Shown here: positions 1 to 9,782 of the stretch, piece by piece
How positions within the stretch are numbered: position 1 is the first letter of the stretch
How the letters are laid out: every line of letters begins with the position of its first letter
Assembly: GCA_964508365.1 (NCBI GenBank)
Contig: CAZDTP010000010.1
Span: 1 to 64,000, forward strand
Reading direction: 5' to 3'
DNA: 64,000 bases
DNA from: an uncultured archaeon
GTDB lineage: Archaea > Asgardarchaeota > Lokiarchaeia > Sigyniarchaeales > SOKP01
Notes under the pieces: model-generated
Databases searched by the model: none
What the model saw: only the letters and a program-made list of their open reading frames with translations
What the model was told of the DNA's origin: nothing
Position numbers and translations under genes: made by a program

Positions 1-181
1 TCCTAATCATTATTTTTGGGAAAACTTTATTTTTTTCACTTTTAACATTTGTTAGAATGAGATTACTGTCCTCTGAAACTCCTTTAAGTTGTCCTACGAA
101 GAATTTATCATTATCAAGATAAACTTTAACTATTTTATCAATCAATAAACCTAATTCGGTATTATATTGCCTTAGACTGAT
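1..181 (-). CDS. Sm/Lsm-fold protein (SmAP3-like), 5' part only, runs off the window edge; not in the ORF track; apparent ATC start
   Basis: Manual minus-strand translation from 181: (I)SLRQYNTELGLLIDKIVKVYLDNDKFFVGQLKGVSEDSNLILTNVKSEKNKVFPKIMIR. Shows the Sm1 pattern (V-x-V-x-L...F-x-G-x-L-x-G...N-L-I-L-x-N) and the start of Sm2 (I-M-I-R). AAGGTG at 189-194. Confidence 0.72.
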   Translation of the reverse strand, partial: MSLRQYNTELGLLIDKIVKVYLDNDKFFVGQLKGVSEDSNLILTNVKSEKNKVFPKIMIR

Positions 182-277
182 ATTTCAACACCTTCAATAA
201 AAAATATTTTTTACTTTATTATTATATTCATTTGCTTTTATTTTTAATTTAATTTCTACATCATAAATTTATAATTT

Positions 278-937
278 TTAATTGTAAAATAGTTCTTTTA
301 CTAATTCGGGTATATTCTCTTCTGTAATAGCACTGGTTGTAAACACTTTTATATTCGGATTTATTTCAATAGCATCTCTAATCATTTCTTCTAGATTTAC
401 CTCTATTACATCAATTAGATCTATTTTATTTATTACTGCTATATCAGAGAATTTAAATAGCATAGGATGTTTACGAATTACCCATGGACCTTCAGTAATT
501 GAGACTACTACAATCCGCTTATTTGTTCCTAAAATAAAATCTGAGGGACATATTAGATTACCCACATTTTCTATAAAAACAACATCAAAATTATTTAAAT
601 CATAGTTTTTTATTACTTTAGAGATGTGATATGAATTTAAGGCACATTCTCTACCTGTGTTAATCTGAACGGTTTTAACACCATGTTTTTCAATGCGATC
701 AGCATCAATACGCGTGACAACATCCCCATTAATAACTAAAACTCGCTTATTTCTTGAGATAATTTTCGAAATTGACTCCAATAAAGCAGTTTTTCCTGCA
801 CCTATAGCCCCAACAATATCAAAAGACACAATATTATGCTTTTTGAATATTTCTTTATTTCGAGCTGCTAGATTATCGTTGTTTTCAATTAAATCTTCAT
901 TTAATTCAATAACTTTTGATAATCCATCTTCAGACAT
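278..937 (-). CDS. hypB: Hydrogenase nickel-incorporation GTPase HypB
   Basis: Walker A GAIGAGKT, NGDVVTRIDA, NTGREC, FIENVGNLICP and NKID motifs. Confidence 0.93.
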   Translation of the reverse strand: MSEDGLSKVIELNEDLIENNDNLAARNKEIFKKHNIVSFDIVGAIGAGKTALLESISKIISRNKRVLVINGDVVTRIDADRIEKHGVKTVQINTGRECALNSYHISKVIKNYDLNNFDVVFIENVGNLICPSDFILGTNKRIVVVSITEGPWVIRKHPMLFKFSDIAVINKIDLIDVIEVNLEEMIRDAIEINPNIKVFTTSAITEENIPELVKELFYN

Positions 938-1035
938 ATTATTTTAATGATTTAATTAATTTAAGATAGAAAAAATAAGATTTAATCGTTGATATTTTTT
1001 ACTAATTCCAAAAAAAAAAATGAAGAATATAATTC

Positions 1036-1971
1036 TTATCTCATAAACATTCTATACTTATATACCAAAAATGATCCCAATATTCCACCTAATTCAGGAA
1101 GATAGTGGAGAAAATATAGAGGTGTACTAATTAACCCTAAGAATAATCCTGGAATTAATCTAAAGAGAATAATGATAAGTAAAAAACTCTTTCCACTCAT
1201 CCTGATTGGAATTATTGTTACTAGTGTTGTTAATCTTTGATCCATTGCAGGGAAAATAGTAAAAGTAAACAAGCCAAAAAGTCCCCCCCAAACTAATCCA
1301 ACACTATCAAAATTAGATAAACTGTCTAAAGGATAGTAAAGTATTAACCCAAGTCTCAATATTATATAAAACATTATAGAGACAAATCCAGAAAATAAGA
1401 ATAATTTTACTAAGAATCTCGTTCCAAATGTTGATTCAATCATTCTCCCCATTAAATATGCGAAGTAAAATATTATAAATATAAGAATTATTGAAAAGAA
1501 GAAGAAATAGTCGAATGGATTAATTGAATATAAAAAAAGAGATGTAATAAAAGTATGAAATGTGAATTTGTAAATTATCGCATTTAAGCTTAAAAAAACA
1601 TACTCTTCTATACCCAAACTTCTAAAAATTATCGCTACTATTGAAAAGGAAATAATTAATAAAAGTATCACTTTAATACCTTGATATTGCGATTTCCTAG
1701 ACGAGTACCTGCGCATTTGTTTTAATGATTTTTTCTTCTGCCTTTCTTGTCTTCTTATATATTTATTAACATTTATTGCTCCTTTATTGGAATCACCTTG
1801 TTTAAGTTTAGATTCTTTAAGAGATGAAGTTATGATAGGAATATGTTTTGATTCAAAACTGCATTGGTGATTCTCAGGTAAACGATGTACTTTACAATAA
1901 GCTCCTCCGCAATACTTGCATTTAAATGGTAAGAAGTTTATTTTTTCCCCACAATATTCGCAAAATGTCAT
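1036..1971 (-). CDS. AN1 zinc finger fused to a rhomboid-like membrane domain (catalytic dyad apparently absent)
   Basis: N-terminal CEYC-x9-CKYC-x4-C-x2-HRLPENHQC; about 6 TM segments with rhomboid-like elements (TFITSLF, GRMIESTFGTRF, ELGGILG). Confidence 0.8.
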   Translation of the reverse strand: MTFCEYCGEKINFLPFKCKYCGGAYCKVHRLPENHQCSFESKHIPIITSSLKESKLKQGDSNKGAINVNKYIRRQERQKKKSLKQMRRYSSRKSQYQGIKVILLLIISFSIVAIIFRSLGIEEYVFLSLNAIIYKFTFHTFITSLFLYSINPFDYFFFFSIILIFIIFYFAYLMGRMIESTFGTRFLVKLFLFSGFVSIMFYIILRLGLILYYPLDSLSNFDSVGLVWGGLFGLFTFTIFPAMDQRLTTLVTIIPIRMSGKSFLLIIILFRLIPGLFLGLISTPLYFLHYLPELGGILGSFLVYKYRMFMR

Positions 1972-2128
1972 GAAATATTCTTTATAGGTTACAAATTGTT
2001 TAAAAATTTTATACTACTTCTTTTAAAGTATAATTTTTCCTTTCTTATATTTTTTAAATTTCGATCCTTGATAATTTTTCTTATAAAAATCTTCTTGATT
2101 CTTTAATTCCTAATCAAAGTTAAGAAAA

Positions 2129-3109
2129 TTAGATGTATAATCCAACTGGTGAATTAACAATAAGTAGGGAGAATATTAACATAAGACCTAAAGAACTTAC
2201 TAAACCGATATAGACTTTTTTATTCCATTTCCATATATTTTGTCCATCTAATATCCCAATAGGAATCATATTAAAAGCTCCAAGCATGAAATTGAAGTAG
2301 GATGCATAACCAATGAAAAAATTCAAAGGATAGAGCGTATTAGGTATAAGTAAGGATATAATTAATAAAATCGAACCATAAGTCAAATTAACTACTGGTC
2401 CTGCTGCTTTACATAGCCCCGTTTTTCTGTTTATTTTATCTAATCCTAATACTACGACTGCACCAGGGAGAGCTAGCATTGGAAATGTGCTTGATGAACT
2501 TATTAAACTAATAAAGCCCATAACAAGGCTTAAAGTCGTTAAAAGCATCCCAAATGTAAGTAAACGAAATTTTGTTTGAAGACCAAAATGAATTGCTACT
2601 TGACGATGCCCAAATTCGTGGAAAAGAAATGCAGTCATATAAAAACCAGCAAGCATAAAAAGAGCCCATATATAACCCGAATCGATAATTTGATTATAAA
2701 ATGAAATTATTCCAATCAAGAAAATTAAAATACATCCAATTATAAAATGAAGTAATTCAGATTTATGTGCCAATAAAATTCCTTTAAAATCAATGCCCGA
2801 ATCAGGATCAAAAGCGTTTTCCGGTACTGCTTGCTCTTGACGATACCATGTATAAGTTCCATCGGTTGTTCCTCGCGTGATGATTTCTGTTAAACCACTT
2901 TGTTCTGTTAATAGCGGAGTTGTTTGTGATGGAGCTGTATATTGAGGAGTCAGTTGTGATGTCGATTGAAGAGTAAAATTCAAGCTCTCTATGACAATAT
3001 TGCATTCGTGATCAATAGGATCTTTATGTATTAAGCAATAGGATTGACCACATTTAGAACAACTAAATAATTCGGAGTTTTCGGTTCCACAATGATAACA
3101 GATCGGCAT
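2129..3109 (-). CDS. AN1 zinc finger fused to a site-2 protease (peptidase M50)
   Basis: AN1 pattern CYHC-x9-CSKC-x4-C-x2-H-x5-HEC; HEFGH, AAGPVVNL and FNMIPIGILDG M50 motifs. Confidence 0.88.
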   Translation of the reverse strand: MPICYHCGTENSELFSCSKCGQSYCLIHKDPIDHECNIVIESLNFTLQSTSQLTPQYTAPSQTTPLLTEQSGLTEIITRGTTDGTYTWYRQEQAVPENAFDPDSGIDFKGILLAHKSELLHFIIGCILIFLIGIISFYNQIIDSGYIWALFMLAGFYMTAFLFHEFGHRQVAIHFGLQTKFRLLTFGMLLTTLSLVMGFISLISSSSTFPMLALPGAVVVLGLDKINRKTGLCKAAGPVVNLTYGSILLIISLLIPNTLYPLNFFIGYASYFNFMLGAFNMIPIGILDGQNIWKWNKKVYIGLVSSLGLMLIFSLLIVNSPVGLYI

Positions 3110-3342
3110 TTTTTACGAGTTCACTTTTCTTAATTAATTAAGAAGCACTTATATATGATATGAAATTCACCATTAATAATATTAAGTTAAGATAAATGTT
3201 ATTTCTGGAACTCTGTTTTTTATATATTTTAATATGCTACAATAGATTGTTTAATTCAGTGATTTCTCTCCCCGTTCTTAATTACCATAAAATAATTAAA
3301 CGACAATTTACCTATTTAATTATACAAAGTAATTAAAAATAG

Positions 3343-3597
3343 TTGATTATAACGGGAAAAAAAACAGTCTATTGCCCAACATGTGAACATAATGTCGTTT
3401 TAAGAAGGAAGAATTTTGATCATATCTACCATGAAATACTTTGCTTCTCCGTCATTTTAACTGCGGGTTTAGGCTTTATACTTTACTTAATCTTGAAATA
3501 CAGCAGAAAAAAAGACAGATGCCCAAATTGCGAAGCACAATTCGATATTAACATTCTTTCAGATAGCGAAATTCTTGAAAAAGATATAACTCATTAG
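3343..3597 (+). CDS. Small zinc-ribbon membrane protein, LITAF-like architecture
   Basis: CPTC, a hydrophobic stretch of about 23 aa, then CPNC; TTG start. Confidence 0.65.
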   Translation: MIITGKKTVYCPTCEHNVVLRRKNFDHIYHEILCFSVILTAGLGFILYLILKYSRKKDRCPNCEAQFDINILSDSEILEKDITH

Positions 3598-3600
3598 TAT

Positions 3601-3855
3601 TTACTGAACTTTCATTTCGTTTCTGCATCGAGGACAAATGCGATCTTTTTCTGATAATTCTTTTTTCATTATTGTCTTTTTGTATTTACATTTTGGTTTA
3701 GAGCAGATAAGAACAAATTTCGTTAATTTTATTGATTCATCTTCACCTTTCTCTTCTGTTGGTTGAGTCTTGGTTTTTTTTGTTGATCTTGCCTCTTCTT
3801 TATTCTCAGATTTTTTTACAGTTCCTTCTGGTTTTATCCATTTATCTAATCCCAA
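3601..3855 (-). CDS. Small hypothetical zinc-ribbon protein
   Basis: CSKPKC...CPRC at the C-terminus, charged linker; TTG start with AAGTG upstream. Confidence 0.65.
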   Translation of the reverse strand: MGLDKWIKPEGTVKKSENKEEARSTKKTKTQPTEEKGEDESIKLTKFVLICSKPKCKYKKTIMKKELSEKDRICPRCRNEMKVQ

Positions 3856-3984
3856 ATTTGTGTCACTTTATCATCTTTAACTGTTAAATTCTCTCAATAT
3901 ATAAATAAAGTAATTGTTCATAATATATAGCTCTCAGTAATTAATATAAAAAGAAAAAAAAAAGTTACTAATCGACACTCAAAA

Positions 3985-5226
3985 TTAATAGGTTTGAACT
4001 TTTCCCTCAATTAAACGCTTCCGTAAATCAATAAAGTACTCTTTGCTTAACATCTCTTCAGAAACTTCTTTAGCTATTTTTTCAATGCTCGCAAAGTGTA
4101 CATTTTCAGCAGGGATCAGTTCTATCGAATTCACCCAAGGATCAGTAATAGGTCGTCCAATCTGGGAAAGTAATTTTACGTGTGCTTCTAAAATATCCCC
4201 TTCTCCCCTTTTATAGATCTCTCTACTCATTTCTGTGCCTAGAACATTATACAATTTACCTACATGGTTTATTGGGTTTTTTCCACAAACCGCTTCCAAA
4301 CTCATCGGTCTACAAGGAGTAATTAATCCATTCGATCGATTACCTCTACCTACTTCACCATCATCTCCAGCTTCAGCTGAAGTTCCCGTTATTGTAAGAT
4401 AAAGAATTCCTTTTTCCATATTATCTCCCACATTTACTTGGCAAGTGACTTCGCGTTCGGGGATGATTTTAGCCGCCAAATCTAAAACAGCGTCTTTAAT
4501 TTGATTTGTGTAATTAAGATATTCATCGGCGTCATTGATGTATTTGCTAACCATAGCAGCAGCTACAGTAATTCCTACTTTATTACCGAGTCTTTCGGTC
4601 ATAACTTTAATATCTTCTCCCGAACCTTTACATTTCTCTTTGAATTTATCTGAGTTAATCAGATATTCAGCTTCTAATGTGATCTTTTCTACATCTGAAT
4701 AGGGAGCATAACCCACTCCAAAACTTGTATCGTTTGAAAGTGGTATGTCTTCTGAGTGGTGGGAGTCATCAAAAACTCCAGTTAAGTCTATAGATCCAGG
4801 TCGGACGGCATAATCGAATTGGATATCTCTATTAAGGTTAAGATTCCTGAAAATATCACCGAGTATTTTTCTTTGTGTGTCAATACAAATAGTCGCAACG
4901 GGTATATATTCTAATTTACTTTCAGTTCCACATTCAATGAGGATTTGATTTATTGCTCTTCCCACTATTAAAAAATATTGTGGTTGTATTATTAATCCTC
5001 CACCAAACTCTGGTTTAGCTGTTCCTCCAACGAGTGCTGCTTTATCAACGTTGTGATGATAAACCCTATCAAAATTTTCCAGATAGTACAAACAAAGAGC
5101 TCTCGAACAAGCATCGGCTACTGCGTCACACACGCTATCGGGGTGCCCTACGCCTTTCCGCTCGCATATTTCCGGAAATTCGCTCTTTTCGATCGGTAAA
5201 AAATTCGCTTGTGAAATTTTCAACAT
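3985..5226 (-). CDS. mat: Archaeal-type S-adenosylmethionine synthetase
   Basis: [46 protein letters not shown] and [13 protein letters not shown]. Confidence 0.96.
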   Translation of the reverse strand: MLKISQANFLPIEKSEFPEICERKGVGHPDSVCDAVADACSRALCLYYLENFDRVYHHNVDKAALVGGTAKPEFGGGLIIQPQYFLIVGRAINQILIECGTESKLEYIPVATICIDTQRKILGDIFRNLNLNRDIQFDYAVRPGSIDLTGVFDDSHHSEDIPLSNDTSFGVGYAPYSDVEKITLEAEYLINSDKFKEKCKGSGEDIKVMTERLGNKVGITVAAAMVSKYINDADEYLNYTNQIKDAVLDLAAKIIPEREVTCQVNVGDNMEKGILYLTITGTSAEAGDDGEVGRGNRSNGLITPCRPMSLEAVCGKNPINHVGKLYNVLGTEMSREIYKRGEGDILEAHVKLLSQIGRPITDPWVNSIELIPAENVHFASIEKIAKEVSEEMLSKEYFIDLRKRLIEGKVQTY

Positions 5227-5378
5227 TTTGCATAAACTCTATGTTATTTATATAAATAGTTATTTTAATTATGTGTCTTAAAATTAATGGTATTTATTAA
5301 TAATTATTGATAATAATATGCATGGTTTGCATGAAATATGCTCTCAAATTATAATAATCAAACTTTACGCATTTTAAA

Positions 5379-5945
5379 ATGGAATTATTGCCAGAATCTT
5401 TACAAATTAAAAATTTGCGAAAGAGTTTAAATATTAGTCAAAAAGAGTTGGGAGAGAAATTAAGCATTTCTCAATCTACGATATCAAGAATTGAAAATGG
5501 TACGATGGATCCCCCCTACTCCAAGTTTAAATTAATTTATGAATTCTTAGAAAATGAAAGAATAGCTCGTAAACGATCCACAAAACAGGCCGTAGACATT
5601 TTAACTCCCGAAATTATATTCATAAATCCGCATTCAACTGTGAGAGAAGCCGTAGAGTTAATGACAAACTATAATATATCACAAATTCCAATTTTAGAGA
5701 ATAATCATAATTATGGGAGTATTACATCTAAAAAAATTCAGAAATTTATAACTGATGATCCTGTAATTTTGAATTTAAAGGTAACAGACGTCAAAGAATT
5801 GCCTTTCCCAGAAGTAGAAAAAAATTGGAATGTAAAAGACATATCAAGTTTATTGCTAAATTATCCCGCAGTTTTAGTTAAAGATGACAAAAAGTACATA
5901 GGGATAATTACAGATTCTAATTTTCTTCAACTTACGAGTAAATAA
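5379..5945 (+). CDS. XRE-family HTH transcription factor with CBS pair
   Basis: LRKSLNISQKELG...SQSTISRIENG HTH followed by two CBS repeats. Confidence 0.9.
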   Translation: MELLPESLQIKNLRKSLNISQKELGEKLSISQSTISRIENGTMDPPYSKFKLIYEFLENERIARKRSTKQAVDILTPEIIFINPHSTVREAVELMTNYNISQIPILENNHNYGSITSKKIQKFITDDPVILNLKVTDVKELPFPEVEKNWNVKDISSLLLNYPAVLVKDDKKYIGIITDSNFLQLTSK

Positions 5946-6070
5946 AAAAATCCGTAAGTACAAACCGGAATCTAAGCGTTAGGTTATTTAATAAGAAAAT
6001 CATAACAAAATCTTGTATCACAATAAAAAAATTTTATTAAACTATTTAGCTTTTTTAGATATGGGTTTAC

Positions 6071-7081
6071 ATGAATAGTGCTATACTTGAAAAAATTGAT
6101 AATTTGCTGAAAAAAGCAAATTTTGAAACATTTATGTTAGATAATTTTTCTAATAAAAAAAGCAAATTTTGTTTTGATTTACTCGTAAAAAAGAACGATA
6201 TTATATTCAGCGTGAAAGTTTTTACGAACATCGATAATTTAAATGTTGAAATAGTAAACGATATTAAATCATTGTCTATGTTGTTAAAATCTAAACCGTT
6301 ATTAATAGGGATTAAAAATCGATACAATGAATTAGAAGACAACACTATTTATATTAGAGAAGGTCTACCCTTTATTACATTAGCGACTTTAGAAAATATA
6401 ATTAATAAAGGGTTGTATCCCTACATTCTGGCGAGAAGAGGTGGTGGTATAATGTTTTTGAACGGGAACGCTATGAAAGTCATTAGAGAAAAGCAGGAAA
6501 TATCACGAAAGGAATTATCAGAGTTACTTGGTGTAACAAAACGCACTCTATGTGCTTACGAAAATGAGAGCATGCGTCCTTCTGAAAAAATCGCTAAAAA
6601 ATTATCAAATATCCTAGAAAATAACGAAATCTTTAGGAAAATTAATCTTTTTGAATGGAATTTCAAATTTGAAATTGATTGGAAAGAACCTCGAGAACAT
6701 GTTGCTCGTAATCCTTTTGAAACCCACCTTCAAGCAGTTTTGGACGACATTGGAGTTAGTTCTTATTGGTACAAAAATAGCCCAATTCCGTTTAAATTAT
6801 CTTTATATTCCAAAGTTTCTGGCGAGAATAAGGAAAGAAGTGTCTATCCTCTTTTTTCGGGCGTTTCAGAAGAGGATAAAAAGATTAACGAACTTAGTCT
6901 CAATTGTTTAAATATGTTCAACGAATTATTTCACATAAATTCTCTCTTTATCGTAAATAACGACATCAAAATACCAGATTCGTTAAGAAAAATTAAAGTT
7001 CCCATTGTTAAAATTAGTAATTTAGAAAAAATAGATGACGAAGAGGAATTTATTGACCTCGTCCAAGAATCAGGAATTTAA
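6071..7081 (+). CDS. Conserved archaeal HTH transcriptional regulator (COG1395-like)
   Basis: CFDLLVK...KVFTNID N-terminal domain, ARRGG motif, central XRE HTH (SRKELSELLGVTKRTLCAYEN). Confidence 0.85.
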   Translation: MNSAILEKIDNLLKKANFETFMLDNFSNKKSKFCFDLLVKKNDIIFSVKVFTNIDNLNVEIVNDIKSLSMLLKSKPLLIGIKNRYNELEDNTIYIREGLPFITLATLENIINKGLYPYILARRGGGIMFLNGNAMKVIREKQEISRKELSELLGVTKRTLCAYENESMRPSEKIAKKLSNILENNEIFRKINLFEWNFKFEIDWKEPREHVARNPFETHLQAVLDDIGVSSYWYKNSPIPFKLSLYSKVSGENKERSVYPLFSGVSEEDKKINELSLNCLNMFNELFHINSLFIVNNDIKIPDSLRKIKVPIVKISNLEKIDDEEEFIDLVQESGI

Positions 7082-7751
7082 CCACGAAGTTATTTGTGGT
7101 ATTGACGAGGCGGGAAGAGGTCCCGTTTTAGGGCCAATGGTAATTTGTGGAGTGTGTTTTTTCGAAGCTGAGTTAAAATTGCTTTCTGATATCGGAGTTA
7201 AGGATTCAAAGAAACTAAAGCCCAAAAAACGATCTGAGCTAGCTAAAATAATAAAGAATACATGTAAAAATTATAAGACCATCATCGTTTCGGCTCAAGA
7301 AATCGACGCGAGAGAAAAAAAAAGAATTACATTGAATAGACTTGAAGAAATTAAGATGGCAGAAATTATTGAAGCCTTAAAGCCCCATATTATTTATATC
7401 GACGCTGCAGATGTGAACGAGGTAAGGTTTGCGAAATCTATCGAAACGCTTCTTAAATATTCGCCTAATAAAATAATATCTAAACACAAAGCAGATGATT
7501 TATACCCAATCGTCTCAGCTAGCTCAATAATTGCAAAAGATATGAGAGATAGCATTATTGAAGAATTGAAAAAGAATTATGGGGATTTCGGATCAGGATA
7601 TCCATCTGATACGCGAACTATAGAATTTCTTAGAGATTGGATTAGAGAAAAGAAAAAAGCTCCACCGTTCGCAAGAAAATCTTGGGAAACTACGAAAAAT
7701 ATATTCAGAGAGGAAATTTCTAATACTAAGATAACTGATTTTGTAAAATAA
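7035..7751 (+). CDS. rnhB: Ribonuclease HII (true start possibly the TTG at 7053)
   Basis: GIDEAGRGPV, DSKKL, IDAAD, HKADD, SIIAK, GSGYPSD; C-terminal PIP-like TKITDF. Confidence 0.96.
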   Translation: MTKRNLLTSSKNQEFNHEVICGIDEAGRGPVLGPMVICGVCFFEAELKLLSDIGVKDSKKLKPKKRSELAKIIKNTCKNYKTIIVSAQEIDAREKKRITLNRLEEIKMAEIIEALKPHIIYIDAADVNEVRFAKSIETLLKYSPNKIISKHKADDLYPIVSASSIIAKDMRDSIIEELKKNYGDFGSGYPSDTRTIEFLRDWIREKKKAPPFARKSWETTKNIFREEISNTKITDFVK

Positions 7752-7791
7752 GATTCAGATCGATATAAAATATAATTTCCTCCATTTTAAA

Positions 7792-8481
7792 TTATTTTTG
7801 AACAGTTAAAATAATGTGATTCGCAGCATAGTTATGAATATTTATGCTATCGATTATAACGTAACCCGCTTTTTCTAAAATTTTTTTTTCTTGAATATAA
7901 ATTTTTTCAGACTTTTGTACGCTGTCAATTGATTGAGATTTTATCGCGAGAATTAAAAATCCATTATTTTTTAGATAATAATTGCAATTTTCAATGGCAA
8001 TTTGTGCTTGATTAGGTTGAGCGATGTCTTGATAGACTAAATCAATAGGAGTAAAAATGGAGTTAGCATAACTTTCTGGAAAATTGGCGTCTCCTAATAT
8101 TGGAACGATATTTTTTCTTTTATCGCTGTTTTGAATCAATTGTCGCATGCTACGCTCAGCAAATTCGACTCCGTAAATAACTCCATCGTAAACGATGTCC
8201 GAAAGATGAGAAATTGTAGTTCCAGAGGATGCACCCAAATACAAGCAGTTTAAATCTTTCGTTAAGAATTCCAACGATGGCTTTTCCAATATCATTGCAG
8301 CTAATTTACTTCTAAAGGGATCCCATTCTCGGTATTCTTCTCCTTTAAAAGTCATTAATCTCTCTCCATATACTTTAATGCCAGGAATTAAGTTCTTAGA
8401 ATAAAGCTTTAGATTATGTGGTACTCCCGAAATATAAACATTAGAATATTTTGGATGTGCTCTTATAATAATATTACTCAA
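7792..8481 (-). CDS. flpA: Fibrillarin-like rRNA/tRNA 2'-O-methyltransferase
   Basis: VYGE, YREWDPFRSKLAA, LYLGASSGTTISHLSD, DIAQPNQ. Confidence 0.96.
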   Translation of the reverse strand: MSNIIIRAHPKYSNVYISGVPHNLKLYSKNLIPGIKVYGERLMTFKGEEYREWDPFRSKLAAMILEKPSLEFLTKDLNCLYLGASSGTTISHLSDIVYDGVIYGVEFAERSMRQLIQNSDKRKNIVPILGDANFPESYANSIFTPIDLVYQDIAQPNQAQIAIENCNYYLKNNGFLILAIKSQSIDSVQKSEKIYIQEKKILEKAGYVIIDSINIHNYAANHIILTVQK

Positions 8482-8488
8482 TTTAACT

Positions 8489-9724
8489 TTACCTCCTTTT
8501 TTTTTTACTTATTTGTTTTTTACTCGTACTAATTTTAGTTTTAGGTTCACTTCTTTTTAGTGGAGGTTTAGGATATTTCTTCTCAATTTCTTGGATTTTT
8601 TCGTTTATTTCCTTTGAAAGCACATCAGCTACAAATTCTCCTCCAAAAAAATCTACTTTTGCTGAAATTCCAATTTTTCCAGATATCATTCGAGATATTT
8701 TTCCTCTATTCCAGGGCTTACTTCCTCGGATTTGATTCCACTGAAAAATTAATCCGTGTTTTGGGCGTTTTTCGCCGGTTTTAAGGAACCTATATAAAGC
8801 TTTTTCAGCCCCCAAGAGTTGAATCCTCGAAGCCGGCATGAAAGCTAATTTTTTTAAACTTCCCGCTTTTGCTATTAGTTTCGCTCCAATTAAACCTCCA
8901 ACTAAAGCAAAGAGATTTGGAGCAACTTGTTCCATTAATGTATCTAAATAATCCTCTAATTCTTGTCTAAAATCGTCCAAAGATAAAATTTCATTAGCAT
9001 ATTTTTTAATTATACTAAGATCAATATCTGCTCCCATTGATTGGGAAGCTAACTTTTGCAACATATTAATTCTCGATTCTTTAAAATTAAACTCTTGATC
9101 AATCTTTTCAAAAGTGAAATTATCTCGTTTTCCTAAAATTGTAATTAATTTTGCAATAAGGATATTTTCTTCTATCAATTTATCAGTTAATTCCGGAAAA
9201 TGCAAACCGTACCATTCTCTCATGCGACTTGAGAATAAACTTATAGATTTTTTAAGAATATCTAAAGTTTCTATGATTTGAACGATTTCTACATCTCCCT
9301 TACTCCCAAACTGACTAACTTTTTCTTTAATTAATTGTTCTTCAACATTCTTAAAGAAAAAAAGAATATCGTCTCGTGTTTTAGTGATACCTATTTTTTT
9401 TAATTGATCGCTAAGATTAAAGCGAAAATTTCTAAATTCTAAAGAAAATTTTTCAAAGGAAGTGTTGTATCCTAACTTTTGTTTTGTTAATTCCTTTAGT
9501 TTTTTATTATCAAACACAAAATCATCAAAACCAGAACTATTTAGTTCAATCATAATGTCTGAATATTCTTCAGAAAGAATATCGTTATTTAACGATTTAT
9601 AAAAACTTATAGATTTTTCAATATCATCTAAAAAATCAATATAATTAAGGAAATTTCCTCCATCATCAATAGCATATATTCCTATTAAAGAATCAATAAT
9701 ATAACATCTCATTATTCTAAACAC
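8489..9724 (-). CDS. nop5: Box C/D RNP protein Nop5 (Nop56/58)
   Basis: REWYGLHFPEL, VAPNL, PASRIQLLGAEKALYR, PKHGLIFQ. Confidence 0.95.
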   Translation of the reverse strand: MFRIMRCYIIDSLIGIYAIDDGGNFLNYIDFLDDIEKSISFYKSLNNDILSEEYSDIMIELNSSGFDDFVFDNKKLKELTKQKLGYNTSFEKFSLEFRNFRFNLSDQLKKIGITKTRDDILFFFKNVEEQLIKEKVSQFGSKGDVEIVQIIETLDILKKSISLFSSRMREWYGLHFPELTDKLIEENILIAKLITILGKRDNFTFEKIDQEFNFKESRINMLQKLASQSMGADIDLSIIKKYANEILSLDDFRQELEDYLDTLMEQVAPNLFALVGGLIGAKLIAKAGSLKKLAFMPASRIQLLGAEKALYRFLKTGEKRPKHGLIFQWNQIRGSKPWNRGKISRMISGKIGISAKVDFFGGEFVADVLSKEINEKIQEIEKKYPKPPLKRSEPKTKISTSKKQISKKKRR

Positions 9725-9782
9725 TTACCGTACTAAAATTTCTCAAATAATAATAATAATAATTTCTTACATAATAATAGTA

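Noticed and set aside
6130-6175. Possible second mini-intron in the COG1395 regulator (short insertion with a TTAGA/TCTAA hairpin)
   Set aside because: No 4-bp central helix with two 3-nt bulges could be built, and the frame is open. My eye scan cannot exclude other stop-free in-frame introns elsewhere in the window.
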